A stretch of 64,000 bases of DNA from positions 64,001-128,000 of the forward strand of contig CAVXLD010000011.1 of the NCBI GenBank assembly GCA_963762565.1, written 5' to 3'. The DNA comes from an uncultured Verrucomicrobiae bacterium (GTDB taxonomy: Bacteria > Verrucomicrobiota > Verrucomicrobiia > Chthoniobacterales > JAFAMB01). The translations under genes and the position numbers were made by a program. Below are positions 9,901 to 19,954 of the stretch, one piece after another (the first letter of the stretch is position 1; each line of letters starts with the position of its first letter). Under the pieces are notes generated by a model. It was not told where the DNA came from, made no database searches, and saw only the letters and a program-made list of their open reading frames with translations.

Positions 9901-11591
9901 TAAGCGAGCCGGGCGTTTGCAGGATCCGCCTCGTGGAACGCGCCTCGTTTGCGAGGCCGATCGGTCGGAGCCTCTTGGGCTCCGTTCTGGATAGCGGCGG
10001 AGAGAGTTCCGATGTTGAAGGCGGTCTATCCCGACCTCAGGGTTGAGCCTGCTCTCGTTCCTCCCCAAAGCGAGAGTGAACGGCAGTGGCAGCGGGCTGA
10101 CGCGGTGCGAGAACTTGTGCGCGGCCGCTTGGAAGTAGCCGGTCCAACTACAGCGACCAAGCTGGCAAGTCTGTTTCAGCTACCGGTCAACGAGATCGAT
10201 ACTGCATTGATTGCGCTGGAAGGTGAGGGATTCGTCCTAAGGGGCAAATTTCATCCAGGTTCTGCCTCGCTGGAATGGTGTGATCGCAGGCTGTTGGCGC
10301 GGATTCATCGTTTAACGTTGAACCGTCTCCGGGCGGAGATTCAGCCTGTTTCAATTGCTGAATTCCAACGGTTCTTATTGGCTTGGCAACGCGTCGGGAT
10401 TGAGCACCGGGCAGAAGGAGTCGAAGGGGTACGAGCGGTTTTGGAGCTGCTAGATGGATATGAGCTACCGGCGGCAGCCTGGGAGCCGGAAGTATTAGTC
10501 CTTCGCGTCAAAGAATATCAACCGGCTTGGCTCGACCAGCTCTGTTTCACCGGTCGCCTCGGTTGGGGCCGGCTAACTGCGCCGCAAAAGACCAATGGCC
10601 GGCCGCCGCTGCCTGTGCGTTCCAGTCCGATTTCTTTATTCTCACGCGAGAATCTTGGACATTGGCTAGCGCTTTCGGCTCCTCCCGACGAGATCGAATT
10701 TTCTCCAGATACAACCCGGGCCCTGGAGGCTCTGGCTCAAGCAGGTGCTCTATTTTTTGGCGAGCTCGCGCAAAAAACCGGTCTATTGCCATCCCGGCTA
10801 GAGAGAGCTTTGGCCGAACTCGTCGCTCAGGGATTGGTTACCGCCGACAGTTTCGAAGGGTTGAGAGCTTTGTTGGTTCCCGAAGAAAAGCGTGCGCCGT
10901 TTGCCTCGGCTGAACGGCGCCGCCACCATAAGCCAGTCACGAGCCTGGAGTTTGCTGGCCGTTGGTCTTTGCTGAGGAACGCCGGGAGCGCCGTGAACGA
11001 TTTTGCGAGTTCCATCGCAACTGGAGCCAGGAATCGAACGGCGACCGATGACCCAGCGCTTACAGACTCCGTTCCCGGCGCTCTCGGCGCTCACGGCGTT
11101 AGAAGACGTGAAGAGGCAGTTGAAGCCTTTGCTCGGGTATTGCTCCGTCGTTACGGCGTCGTATTTCGCCGGGTCTTGGAACAAGAATCGTTGCGAGTCA
11201 CCTGGCTCGAGTTAGTCCGGATCTATCGAACATTAGAAGCGCGCGGCGAGATCCGTGGCGGCCATTTCGTCGCTGGCGTCAGCGGCGAACAATACGCGTT
11301 ACCGGAAGCTGTTGGATTGTTACGTTCGATTCGGAAAACAGCGCCCAAAGGTGATCTTATCCCGATCAGCGCAGCCGATCCCTTGAATCTGACGGGAGTT
11401 CTCACGCCCGGATTACGGGTCGCTGCTATCAGTGCCCATCGCGTTCTTCTACGTGATGGCGTACCTACCGTCGCTCTCAAAGCCGGACAGCTTATCCCTC
11501 TAACTCAGGCGTAGAGGTGGTCGATCAGGCAATCGAACGCGCTCTGCGCGTCGGCAGTATGCCCGCTGTCCTCAGGCCTTACTACGCTTAG
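6945..11591 (+). CDS. lhr: Lhr-family DEAD/DEAH helicase, split by about 3 frameshifts (about 7370, 9950-9980, 11510)
   Basis: [22 protein letters not shown], a TTPESL motif broken by a missing base at about 7370, [68 protein letters not shown]. The true C-terminus is probably ...[20 protein letters not shown] ending at 11591. Confidence 0.88.
8719..8842. repeat. GGAG-REP doublet (family A) in frame inside lhr
   Basis: GGAGGGATCGCGTCCTCGCGATCC ... GGCGCGCGAGGACGCGCGCCCTCC. Related copies at 21711, 33885, 35291, 47073 and 48758. Confidence 0.85.
10978..11100. repeat. 9-mer-armed fold-back element (123 bp) in frame inside lhr
   Basis: AACGCCGGGAGCGCCGTGAAC ... GTTCCCGGCGCTCTCGGCGCTCACGGCGTT; lies between the conserved GRWSLL and [10 protein letters not shown] motifs. 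Confidence 0.7.
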
Positions 11592-11681
11592 AGGTATAGC
11601 GTCCACTCAAGCGCTTTTGGCGGTCATGCTTCGCGCCAAGTCGCGTTACAAAGTTTCTGGGTATTTATAACATTTCTGGTA

Positions 11682-11709
11682 TTTACACTGCCTTAGATTT
11701 CGATATAAT
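11682..11709 (+). promoter_or_regulatory. Putative sigma70 promoter of the phosphoesterase gene
   Basis: TTTACA-16 nt-TATAAT, 11 nt before ATG 11721. A TTTCTGG(G)TATTTA direct repeat lies at about 11654-11686. Confidence 0.5.
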
Positions 11710-11720
11710 AAAAAAACTTA

Positions 11721-13233
11721 ATGCCGAATTATTTCAAGGCATTAGCAGCTGGCGTCGTGCGATTTACAGCTTTGTTTCTCCTACGGTCTGCGCGTTTGCC
11801 CAGGTTAGCACGCCGATCACGAACTTCATTTTTATCATTCAAGAGAACCATTCATTCGACAACTATTTCGGCACCTTTCCGAATGCGAACGGCATTCCAC
11901 CTAACACGGCTCTCCCCGAATATCCGGGCGGGCCGCCGGTCCAGACACCATTTCTTCTCACCACGCCCTACACGGCCGGTGACCTTTCCCATTCGTGGAG
12001 TAGTGTTGTACTTGCCTACGATAACGGCTCACCTGAACCGTTTCCTCTGGGCGGAGTGGCCAACCGTTGTCCATTGACTACGGCGCAGAGTATTCCTGTT
12101 CCCACTCCTAACCCGGCTTTGGTTTCAACTCGTTCCCAAAACCTCACCGACCCCCACCCCTTCAGTCAAACACCTCCAAGAATTACCATCCGGTGAGGTT
12201 CGCTCTCCTAACGGCTTTGCTGACGACGAGGATGATGAGGCTCCTCGCATTGAAGAATAAAACGAAAAAATCCTAATGGCCGCACCTACGCCTTCGGGTA
12301 CACCCAACTGGAAAAAGCGGCCAGCATATGTCAAGAACACTCTCGGGTACTACGATGCTTCTATCATTCCAAAACTACTGGCAGTACGCGAGCACGTTTA
12401 CTTTGTGCGATGCATTCTTTTCGTCATTGTCCGGCCCAAGCCAGCCGAATCATTTGTACGTCGTGGCGGCGCAGTCGGGTGGTCTCGTACAGAACATTTT
12501 AGGCCCCCAAAATGAAGCCATTTACAGCTTTAATAGCATCATTGAGTTGCTAGGAGGAGCGAACATTAGTCTGACTTACTATGTGAGTGTTAACAACCCG
12601 ACGAGCGAGACCCTTTGGAATCCGCTCCCGGCTTCGAAAATTACGCGGGGCCCGGTGCGGTGACACCGCATCTTGCGCAAACCACTCAGTTTTTCGATGA
12701 TTTAGCTAATGGCACGCTGCCGCAAGTCTGTTGGCTGATACCCGGTAGAGGCGTAAGCGAACATCCGCCCGCCGACGTCCAGAACGGGATGTGGTACGTA
12801 ACAAACCTGGTTAACGCCGTAATGCAGAGCCAGTATTGGAACACTTGCGTGATCATCATCTTTTGGGATGACTACGGAGGCTTCTACGATCACGTTTCCC
12901 CGCCTCAGGTCGATACGTATGGATATGGTTTTCGAGTTCCTGCGATCGTCATCTCGCCGTATTCTCAAAGCGGTGTTGTAGTCCACACCATCTACGATGA
13001 GACGTCTCCTTTAGCACTGTTGGAGCAAGTTTTTGGGTTGCCTCCGCTTACCAATCGCGACGGACAAGCCAACGCGATGCTGGTATTGTTTCGACTTCTC
13101 ACAGACACCGTTACCTCCGCTGGTGATCCCAATGCCAACGCCGACCCCAACGCCAACGCCAACCACCAACGCTGACACCGACCCTAACGCCGACACCGAC
13201 CCCAACACCGACCCGACTCCAACACCAAGCTAG
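11721..13233 (+). pseudogene. Phospholipase C / phosphoesterase (AcpA-like), multiply frameshifted
   Basis: Motifs spread across frames: [80 protein letters not shown], and a PT-repeat tail. About 5 frameshifts and an apparent in-frame TAA at about 12258. Confidence 0.8.
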
Positions 13234-13602
13234 CGTCCTGCTCGTGTACGGCGCCTAATCTCGTTCAGAGATTCAGCCAGCCCCGATCAGTTGGCGGTCC
13301 TAGAACCCAAAGAACCGCCACCAAGGCCGCTGTTGTTGGTCTCATCGGATTCTTTTACGTGACGGCATCCCCACTGCCGCCTTGCGAGGCGGGCGATTGA
13401 TCCCGTTGGATCAAGGTGCGACGGCGCTGGATCAAACTTTAGAACGCGGGTTACGGATTGGCAGCATGCCAGCAGTATTGCGGCCCTATTACACGTAGCA
13501 GGTTAACAAACCGTGGTAGCAAAACGCGCCTAAACCAATTGAGCTGTTCTTTGCTTAAAGATCTCTTAATATCTCTTAGCTCTTCTCCATAAAGCCTCCC
13601 TC

Positions 13603-14674
13603 ATGAGAAAAATCAGGAATTCGGTACTGCGGGTACTGGCTTTTATGGCATTCGTTGCCAGTGCCACTTTAACAGCGCCCGGTGTAGCCCAAGCATCGCT
13701 CGAAAACGAATCGGTATCGCAAAGTGGCCTTCCCGAAAACAAGGTGATCGCGACTCTTTCAGTCGGTGTCTTCCCTTTTAGCCTAGCGATCATTCCGAAA
13801 GGAGATGAAGTTTACGTCCCCAATTCGCACACTCACACGGTGTCGGTAATACAAACTTCGACTAACACCGTAATCGCTACGATTCCAGTCGGGAACACCC
13901 CAACCCACGTTGCGATTAGTCCAAACGGGAAGCTCGCTTACGTCAGCAATACCGGTAGCCATTCCGTCTCCGTCATTTCCACTGAAAAATAAGACGGTGC
14001 TCTACAAGTTCGGCGTAATTTCGTACTTTCCGGAGGGTCTCGCGGTTAGTCCTGATGGTAAACAGCTTTATGTCGCCAGCGCTGGCTACCCGTACTATGG
14101 CGGCTTTATCTCAGTAATCGATACTAATAATTTGGTGCTTTTAAATGTATTCAAACCGGGTGGTGATCCCGAAGAGGTAAGGTTCTCCCCGGATGGGGAA
14201 TACCTTTACGCGCTTAACAAACGTGGGATCGGCCACGGTTATATTTGTACGATCGACACCGCGTCGCAGACGATAGTACAGACGGGAATAGGGTCGACAG
14301 ATTTTACTGGTCTACCCACTGGCCTCGCTATTAGCCCTGACGGAGCGACGCTCTATGCGTCGAACCGGGTGACTTTTGTTTTCGCGTTTGACGCAGCTGA
14401 TGGTTCGCTCGAAAACACAATCAAAATTATCTCTAACGGCGAGAAAGAACGGCAAGTGTATGAGCCAGTGGTTACCCCGAACGGTAAATTTTTGTACGTA
14501 CCGGATCCGTATCGGGGTACTGTCACGATGGTTGATACCGCGACTCGCAAAGTCGTTGGCTCCCCAATCAAAGTGGGCGCATTTCCGATGTATATGGCAG
14601 TAACGCCTGACGGTAATTATCTCTACGTTAGCAACGAAGCCGACAACACCGTTTCTGTCGTCGATATCAGATAG
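13603..14674 (+). CDS. Secreted YVTN/YncE-type beta-propeller protein, frameshifted at about 13985
   Basis: Signal peptide and repeated VIATIPVG..P..VAISPNGK.AYVSN...SVSVI blades across ORFs 13603-13992 and 13910-14674. The shift falls in an A-run (GAAAAATAAG). Confidence 0.85.
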
Positions 14675-15300
14675 GGACTAGAACCCAAAGAAACGCCACC
14701 AAGGCCGCCGCGGCTGTTGTTTGTTCTTACTGATAAGGCGGCCCGAATTGCCGCTGGGTTGCTCACCTGATAAACTCGGTTTCGCGGAGTCGTCCCAAAT
14801 ACAGTAACGGGGGTCCCGACAGAGACGGCGTTGAAAAATGCGATCGCTTTTTCTTCCGGCATCCGGACACAACCATGTGATGCGGGGTATCCGGGCAGAT
14901 AACCTGCATGCATGCCGATCCCAGGTGCAAAATTCATGTAGTACCGCATCGGCGCATTCACGAACCGGGTTCCATAGGTGACCGGCATATCAACGTCGGC
15001 GTCTGCGACGACGGTGCGCCCATAATAGTCCACAATTTTGCCGTAAATGCTGGAGGTATGGTTCAAGTCTTTGTCGGTGATAGTGAATGTCCCGCTCGGC
15101 GTTAGATGACCGTATCGGCCAGTGCTGATGGGCGACTCCATGATTGCCCGATCCTCATACAAGAGATAGGCCTTCTGATCACCAAGGTCGATTTGCACCG
15201 AATATTGGGCACGAGCTGTACCCATTAACAGCGCCGTGAATGCCGTGATCGCCGTGATCGCCGGGAATGTGAAGCCCAAACTAAGCCCGAAGATCTTCAT
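14623..15300 (-). CDS. L,D-transpeptidase (YkuD/ErfK family)
   Basis: Signal peptide, SPISTGR, TPSGTF, GIGMHAGYLPGYPASHGCVRMP (HxxxxxxxxxSHGC). The true end may be ...RPWWRFFGF* at 14678 through a frameshift. Confidence 0.9.
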   Translation of the reverse strand: MKIFGLSLGFTFPAITAITAFTALLMGTARAQYSVQIDLGDQKAYLLYEDRAIMESPISTGRYGHLTPSGTFTITDKDLNHTSSIYGKIVDYYGRTVVADADVDMPVTYGTRFVNAPMRYYMNFAPGIGMHAGYLPGYPASHGCVRMPEEKAIAFFNAVSVGTPVTVFGTTPRNRVYQVSNPAAIRAALSVRTNNSRGGLGGVSLGSSPYLISTTETVLSASLLT

Positions 15301-15398
15301 ACAAACCAGTTGCTACCTGAAAGACGGACAAACGCCCAAAATGTACGTATTTCTTCCAGCTGTTTGCCACCCCTTGTTTTATTGTCGGCGAAGCCGTG

Positions 15399-15630
15399 GT
15401 AGGGCGAGGCTCCGGAATTGCCGAAAGGGATCGCAGGGCGAATTGGCGCTTCATGTTATATGGGGTCCAACACCTGAAAGCTGCCGAGCCGGGGGCGGCG
15501 CAACCAGCGGCTCGGCAGCTGTTAGACGATGCACCCGATATACCGACGAAGCGCCATCCGCCATGCGACTTTCTTTCGGTCATTCCGGAGCCTCGCCCTA
15601 CCAAGGCCTCGCAAGCGACGCGCGCTCCAC
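15399..15630. repeat. GTAG-REP pair (family B) plus adjacent GGAG-REP (family C)
   Basis: GTAGGGCGAGGCTCCGGA...GCCGAGCCG...CGGCTCGGC...CCGGAGCCTCGCCCTAC, followed by GGCCTCGCAAGCGACGCGCGCTCCAC (15605-15630). Confidence 0.8.
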
Positions 15631-15659
15631 CCGTCGCTTGCTGTAACGCAGAGCCACCC

Positions 15660-16328
15660 ATGCTAAGCTCGAAAATGGACGACAAGCTCGATATTGCCCG
15701 CCTGCGGAAGGAATACACACTGCACGGTTTGCATCGAAAGGATCTGCTTCCTAATCCGATGCAACAGTTCAAAATCTGGTTTGAAGAATCGGTGCGCACC
15801 GCCGGCGATCGAGAACCGAACGGAATGACCCTCGCGACCGCGGATCGGGAAGGGCGTCCTGCCGCCCGAATCGTCCTTTTGAAGGGGGTCGATGAACATG
15901 GATTCATCTTTTTCACTAACTACGAGAGCCGAAAAGGCCGCGATCTGGCGCAGAACCCGAGAGCCGCCCTCAATTTTCATTGGCCTTGGCTAGAACGACA
16001 GATCCAGATCGAAGGTAACGTTACTAGAGTTTCTCGCGATGAATCCCAGGCTTATTTCGATAAAAGACCTCTGAAAAGCCGGCTTAGCGCCATCATCTCG
16101 CCGCAAAGCAGCCCGGTCACTAGCCGGATTGAGCTTGAACGCCGATTCGAAGAGGTCTCAGCCCAGTACGCCGATCGCAACCCTCCAGTGCCGGAATTCT
16201 GGGGCGGCTACCGGGTTTCTCCCGAACGGATGGAATTTTGGCAGGGAAGGGAGAACCGGCTGCATGACCGCTTTCTCTACACGCTAACCATCGATGGAAC
16301 TTGGCACATAGAGCGTCTAGGACCGTAG
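15660..16328 (+). CDS. pdxH: Pyridoxamine 5'-phosphate oxidase
   Basis: LRKEY, EPNGMTLATAD, RIVLLK, FFTNYESRKG, EFWQGRENRLHDR. The ORF-track extension from 15396 is translated repeat DNA. Confidence 0.95.
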   Translation: MLSSKMDDKLDIARLRKEYTLHGLHRKDLLPNPMQQFKIWFEESVRTAGDREPNGMTLATADREGRPAARIVLLKGVDEHGFIFFTNYESRKGRDLAQNPRAALNFHWPWLERQIQIEGNVTRVSRDESQAYFDKRPLKSRLSAIISPQSSPVTSRIELERRFEEVSAQYADRNPPVPEFWGGYRVSPERMEFWQGRENRLHDRFLYTLTIDGTWHIERLGP

Positions 16329-16337
16329 GTCGGCTAT

Positions 16338-16458
16338 AATCGTCCTCGTGCTCGAAAGGAAACTGTTGAAATACCCCTGGTGATTTTCTTTCCGTGCGTT
16401 CGAATCGTAGCAGTGCAGCAGCAGTGCCCGACTTAACAAATCGAGCACGAGGACGATT
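16338..16458. repeat. Hexamer-type inverted arms between pdxH and ogg
   Basis: AATCGTCCTCGTGCTCGA (16338-16355) and TCGAGCACGAGGACGATT (16441-16458) form a perfect 18-bp inverted repeat ending 6 nt before the ATG. Confidence 0.8.
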
Positions 16459-16464
16459 AAGTCG

Positions 16465-17331
16465 ATGAGCAACCGCCTCTCACTTTTCCGCATCTCGGCC
16501 GAAGGGATCGACCTCGCAAAAACCCTGAACTCCGGGCAAGTGTTCCATTGGATCCAACATGGCAAAGGGTTTGTGGGCGCCATCGATCAAGCACCCTGCT
16601 ATCTCGAAAAATCTGGAAACGATTTGCTGGTGTCTAAGGGCTTGACGGCGCAGGTCCGCCATTACTTGGCCTTGGATCATAGGATGAACGAGATCCAAGC
16701 CACTTTTCCAAATGATCCGACGCTAGATGCGGCCATGCGTTACGCAGACGGTATCCGAATTCTGCGCCAACCGGTTTGGGAATGTCTCGCCACTTTTCTC
16801 ACGTCAGCTCTAAAACAAGTCGCTCATATCAGAAGCATCTCGCTTTTGATTCGTGAAAGGTACGGCCGGAGATTTGAGATCGCCGGGACGGCCGTCTTTT
16901 CCTATCCTGGTCCAGAGGTTCTAGCCGGATCAACCCTGGGCGAAATTCAGGCCTGCCGGTTGGGATTTCGCGCAGCAAATTTGCTCGCGGCTGCTCGAAT
17001 CGTTTCCGCCGGTGAGATCGAACTCGACGGCCTGGCCAAGCTGCCGTCGAACGAAATACGGTCGGTACTTTGCCGTTTCCCGGGTGTCGGCGATAAGATC
17101 GCAAATTGTGTGCTGTTATTTGCTTTCGGAAGGTTGGAAGTGATGCCCATCGACGTTTGGATTGCACGGGTGCTCAGAGAAAAATACTTCCCTGAAAAAA
17201 GGACGATTCGCCCCGCCCAGCTCGCTGATTTTTGCCAACAACATTTCGGTCCATACGCCGGCTACGCTCAGCAATATCTCTTTCACCATTGGCGCCTCAC
17301 TTATCGTAAGGAGCTAGGAGCTAGAATCTAG
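16465..17331 (+). CDS. 8-oxoguanine DNA glycosylase (OGG, HhH-GPD)
   Basis: DLAKTLNSGQVFHW, GIRILRQ..WECL, LGFRA, FPGVGDKIANCVLLF, PIDVWI, FGPYAGYAQQYLFH. Confidence 0.9.
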   Translation: MSNRLSLFRISAEGIDLAKTLNSGQVFHWIQHGKGFVGAIDQAPCYLEKSGNDLLVSKGLTAQVRHYLALDHRMNEIQATFPNDPTLDAAMRYADGIRILRQPVWECLATFLTSALKQVAHIRSISLLIRERYGRRFEIAGTAVFSYPGPEVLAGSTLGEIQACRLGFRAANLLAAARIVSAGEIELDGLAKLPSNEIRSVLCRFPGVGDKIANCVLLFAFGRLEVMPIDVWIARVLREKYFPEKRTIRPAQLADFCQQHFGPYAGYAQQYLFHHWRLTYRKELGARI

Positions 17332-17502
17332 GAGCTAGGATGATCGGGTATTGGCAGTCCGTAAGCATTGGTCTTCAGTTCTCAGTTGCACTGATTACTG
17401 ACCTAATTGATTACTGGGCACTTGGAACAAAATTTTTCTTTGCCTCGTGGATACCTGACCCACAACTCTCCTAGCTCCTAGATTCTAGCTCCTAGCTCCT
17501 TA
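17307..17502. repeat. Perfect 34-bp heptamer (GGAGCTA) inverted arms bridging the ogg stop and the comB start
   Basis: 17307-17340 is the exact reverse complement of 17469-17502. The last paired base is the A of the comB ATG. Confidence 0.9.
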
Positions 17503-18209
17503 TGATCGACGTCGCCCTTTGTCCCTCAGAAATTCGGCGGTTCGAGGGCCTCGATTTAAGCCGGACCACCGCGGTTGTGTTTGATGTGTTACGCGCGACG
17601 TCCACCATGATTACGGGCTTGGAACACGGGGTGGCCCGGTTTTTTCCGGTCGAGACCGTTGAGGCAGCCCGAGCTCGCAAGGCTCAGGATCCGAACCTTC
17701 TCTTAGCCGGCGAGCGCGGAGGCCTCCCCTTGGAAGGATTTGATCTCGGTAACTCGCCGGCGGAGTTCAAAAGGATCGGCGGTAAAAGTGTCGTGCTCAC
17801 TACAACGAATGGAACGGTGGCTCTCCATCGTGTCCGCCGCGCCAAACGGGTCTATATCGGCGCATTATTGAATCTGGATGCGCTGGCCCAGGTCCTGGAG
17901 CACGAAAACTCAACGGACCTTTTATTAGTATGCGCTGGCACCGGGGAAGAATTCGCCATTGAAGACGCGACCGCCGCGGGAGGACTCGTAGAGCGGTTAC
18001 CCTCCAAATCGCTGTCGGATGCGGCCGTGCTTGTTAAGACTCTATATCGAGAAGCAAGCCCAGACATATTTACCTCCCTTCGCCAGTCCAGGAATGGCCA
18101 CGCCCTGGTAGGAATCGGCAAATTGCAAGACGTCGAAGAATGCGCTCGCCTCGCTGTTAGCCAGACCGTTGGCGTCATGGAGGACGGAGCCGTGGTCAAG
18201 CTGGCGTGA
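17502..18209 (+). CDS. comB: 2-phosphosulfolactate phosphatase family protein
   Basis: VVFDVLRATSTM, LAGERGG...GFDLGNSP, LTTTNGT, CAGT..EFAIED. Confidence 0.9.
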   Translation: MIDVALCPSEIRRFEGLDLSRTTAVVFDVLRATSTMITGLEHGVARFFPVETVEAARARKAQDPNLLLAGERGGLPLEGFDLGNSPAEFKRIGGKSVVLTTTNGTVALHRVRRAKRVYIGALLNLDALAQVLEHENSTDLLLVCAGTGEEFAIEDATAAGGLVERLPSKSLSDAAVLVKTLYREASPDIFTSLRQSRNGHALVGIGKLQDVEECARLAVSQTVGVMEDGAVVKLA

Positions 18210-18222
18210 CGGCGCCATACTT

Positions 18223-18805
18223 GGTAGGGCGAGGCTCCCGAATGGGCGCTAGGTTTTCCCAGCGAACTTGATCTATCCCGACGAATCATGAGCAACGCCG
18301 GAACCGCGCGCCGAGCCGCAATTGATCCAGCGTTCATTTCGTTCTCAAAGCTATTCCTGAGGTCTTCGCGATGATCCTTATTCCGAAGTCCCGCTCAGCG
18401 ATGGCGCATCAGGGGTCGGCGGCTCGGCGCGTTCTGTGGCGTCGGGGACTGGGGATTGGTAACCGATCAGCACCGTTGCGGACGGAGGAGGGTCGTTCGG
18501 GAGGGTCCGTGGTCAAGACATAGGTAACAAATCATGGTCAAGACATGGGTAACAGGTACATACAAAAAATGACTGGGGTGACTCGGAGATCCGCCCAGCT
18601 GGCCGACGGAGGTCAGCTGATAAAAATCGCATGCCGATCGTTCGCGAGAATCGTCGCTTCTGCCCCTCTCACACATTTCACCCTCAAAAAGGACAACCAA
18701 AGGAACCATACATTTTTTGATTGCCCAAGAATAGGTATATAAAAAGCACATTTTCTCGACAAAGTGTTACCTATGTCTTGACCACGTTCAGGAGCCTCGC
18801 CCCAC
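18223..18805. repeat. GTAG-REP pair (family B) enlarged by a nested MITE
   Basis: GTAGGGCGAGGCTCCC (18223) ... GCGCCGAGCCG ... CGGCTCGGCGC ... GGAGCCTCGCCCCAC (18805). Confidence 0.7.
18508..18786. mobile_element. 279-bp MITE with IS481-like ends
   Basis: Perfect 22-bp terminal inverted repeats: CGTGGTCAAGACATAGGTAACA (18508-18529) and TGTTACCTATGTCTTGACCACG (18765-18786). A second subterminal copy lies at 18535-18554. No transposase. Confidence 0.65.
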
Positions 18806-18979
18806 CAAGCCGCCCATACGCTCTTCTGTCCGCTCGCCACACTCCGCTTGCTCGCAGCCCACCTCTTGATTACAGTGCGCCCGAACCCCAAAAAACGATG
18901 GTCCACTGCAGGGACATCGACCGTCCCGATAAGGCTTGAGGGTTTTAGGCTGAAGACTTAGGCTACCGCGATTTTTCCG

Positions 18980-19945
18980 ATGTCGAAGAGGAAGAAAATT
19001 ACGTTAGCGGTTGTCGGCTCACTAGTCTTTCACCTATTCCTCTTCCTTTCTGTAGTTGGGTACTACACAATCTTTCCCCCTCCGGCGAACCCGAAAGCAA
19101 CCGACACCCAGGATGCGCCGGAATTGACGATTCTTGATACGCCGCCAGATCAAGCTCAGAAGCAATACGTCCGCACGGAGGACGATCAGAAGACGGATCA
19201 AAAACCGGACAATGCCCCGTTCGAGTCCGATAAAGACACAGCGGCTGCGTCCGAGAAACAGAGTAACGAGCAAGCTCCTCTGCCAACCCAGGACGGGAAG
19301 GATCTCCAATCATTAATGTTCCGGAACAACGACTTCTCGCTGGCGATGAACGGCCAGGATTATTCGCGGAATAGCGCTGACGGTGGCGAGAGTGCGGCTT
19401 CGACTCCAGCGCCGACGCCTGATACGACACCCACACCTTCACCCACACCGGCACCGACACCCAAAGACGACGATCTCGCGATGTTGCAGTCGACGCCGAC
19501 TCCGCTGCCGACGCCGAATCCTAACGAAGCCAAAAATAACCAGAATCGGCCCGGTGCTCCCCGAACTGCTTATCGCCCGCAGAATATTATCACCCGAATG
19601 CAGGGGAATATTGGGACCCGCGGACGTTCGTCGGTTGCGGCGCTGGGTACTCCGCAAGGCAGGTTCCAGAAGGCGGTCGAAGACGCTGTGGGCTCATTAT
19701 GGTACTACTACATCCAACAACGCTCCGATCTGGTTGGGATAGGTACCGTAAGAATTGATTTTGTGGTTAGCCCTAGCGGTGAGGTGGTGAGCGCCCGGGT
19801 GGTAAGCAATTCCTCGAATGAGACTCTGGCAACCTGTTCTTTACAATCAATCCGCCAGGCCAAGATCCCGCCCATGCCTCAGGAATTGATTCCTCTGGTT
19901 CCTGAACGTGGACTCGAATTTACTTTCAGCTTCAACTACATGTAA
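18980..19945 (+). CDS. TonB/TolA-family energy transducer
   Basis: N-terminal TM with S..H motif (SLVFHL), Pro/Thr-rich spacer, C-terminal VRIDFVVSPSGEV..ARV domain; upstream of exbB-exbD. Confidence 0.8.
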   Translation: MSKRKKITLAVVGSLVFHLFLFLSVVGYYTIFPPPANPKATDTQDAPELTILDTPPDQAQKQYVRTEDDQKTDQKPDNAPFESDKDTAAASEKQSNEQAPLPTQDGKDLQSLMFRNNDFSLAMNGQDYSRNSADGGESAASTPAPTPDTTPTPSPTPAPTPKDDDLAMLQSTPTPLPTPNPNEAKNNQNRPGAPRTAYRPQNIITRMQGNIGTRGRSSVAALGTPQGRFQKAVEDAVGSLWYYYIQQRSDLVGIGTVRIDFVVSPSGEVVSARVVSNSSNETLATCSLQSIRQAKIPPMPQELIPLVPERGLEFTFSFNYM

Positions 19946-19954
19946 CTATCAAAA

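Noticed and set aside
15281..15916. 211-aa minus ORF and the 88-aa N-terminal extension of pdxH
   Set aside because: These are the antisense shadow of pdxH and translated family B/C repeat DNA.
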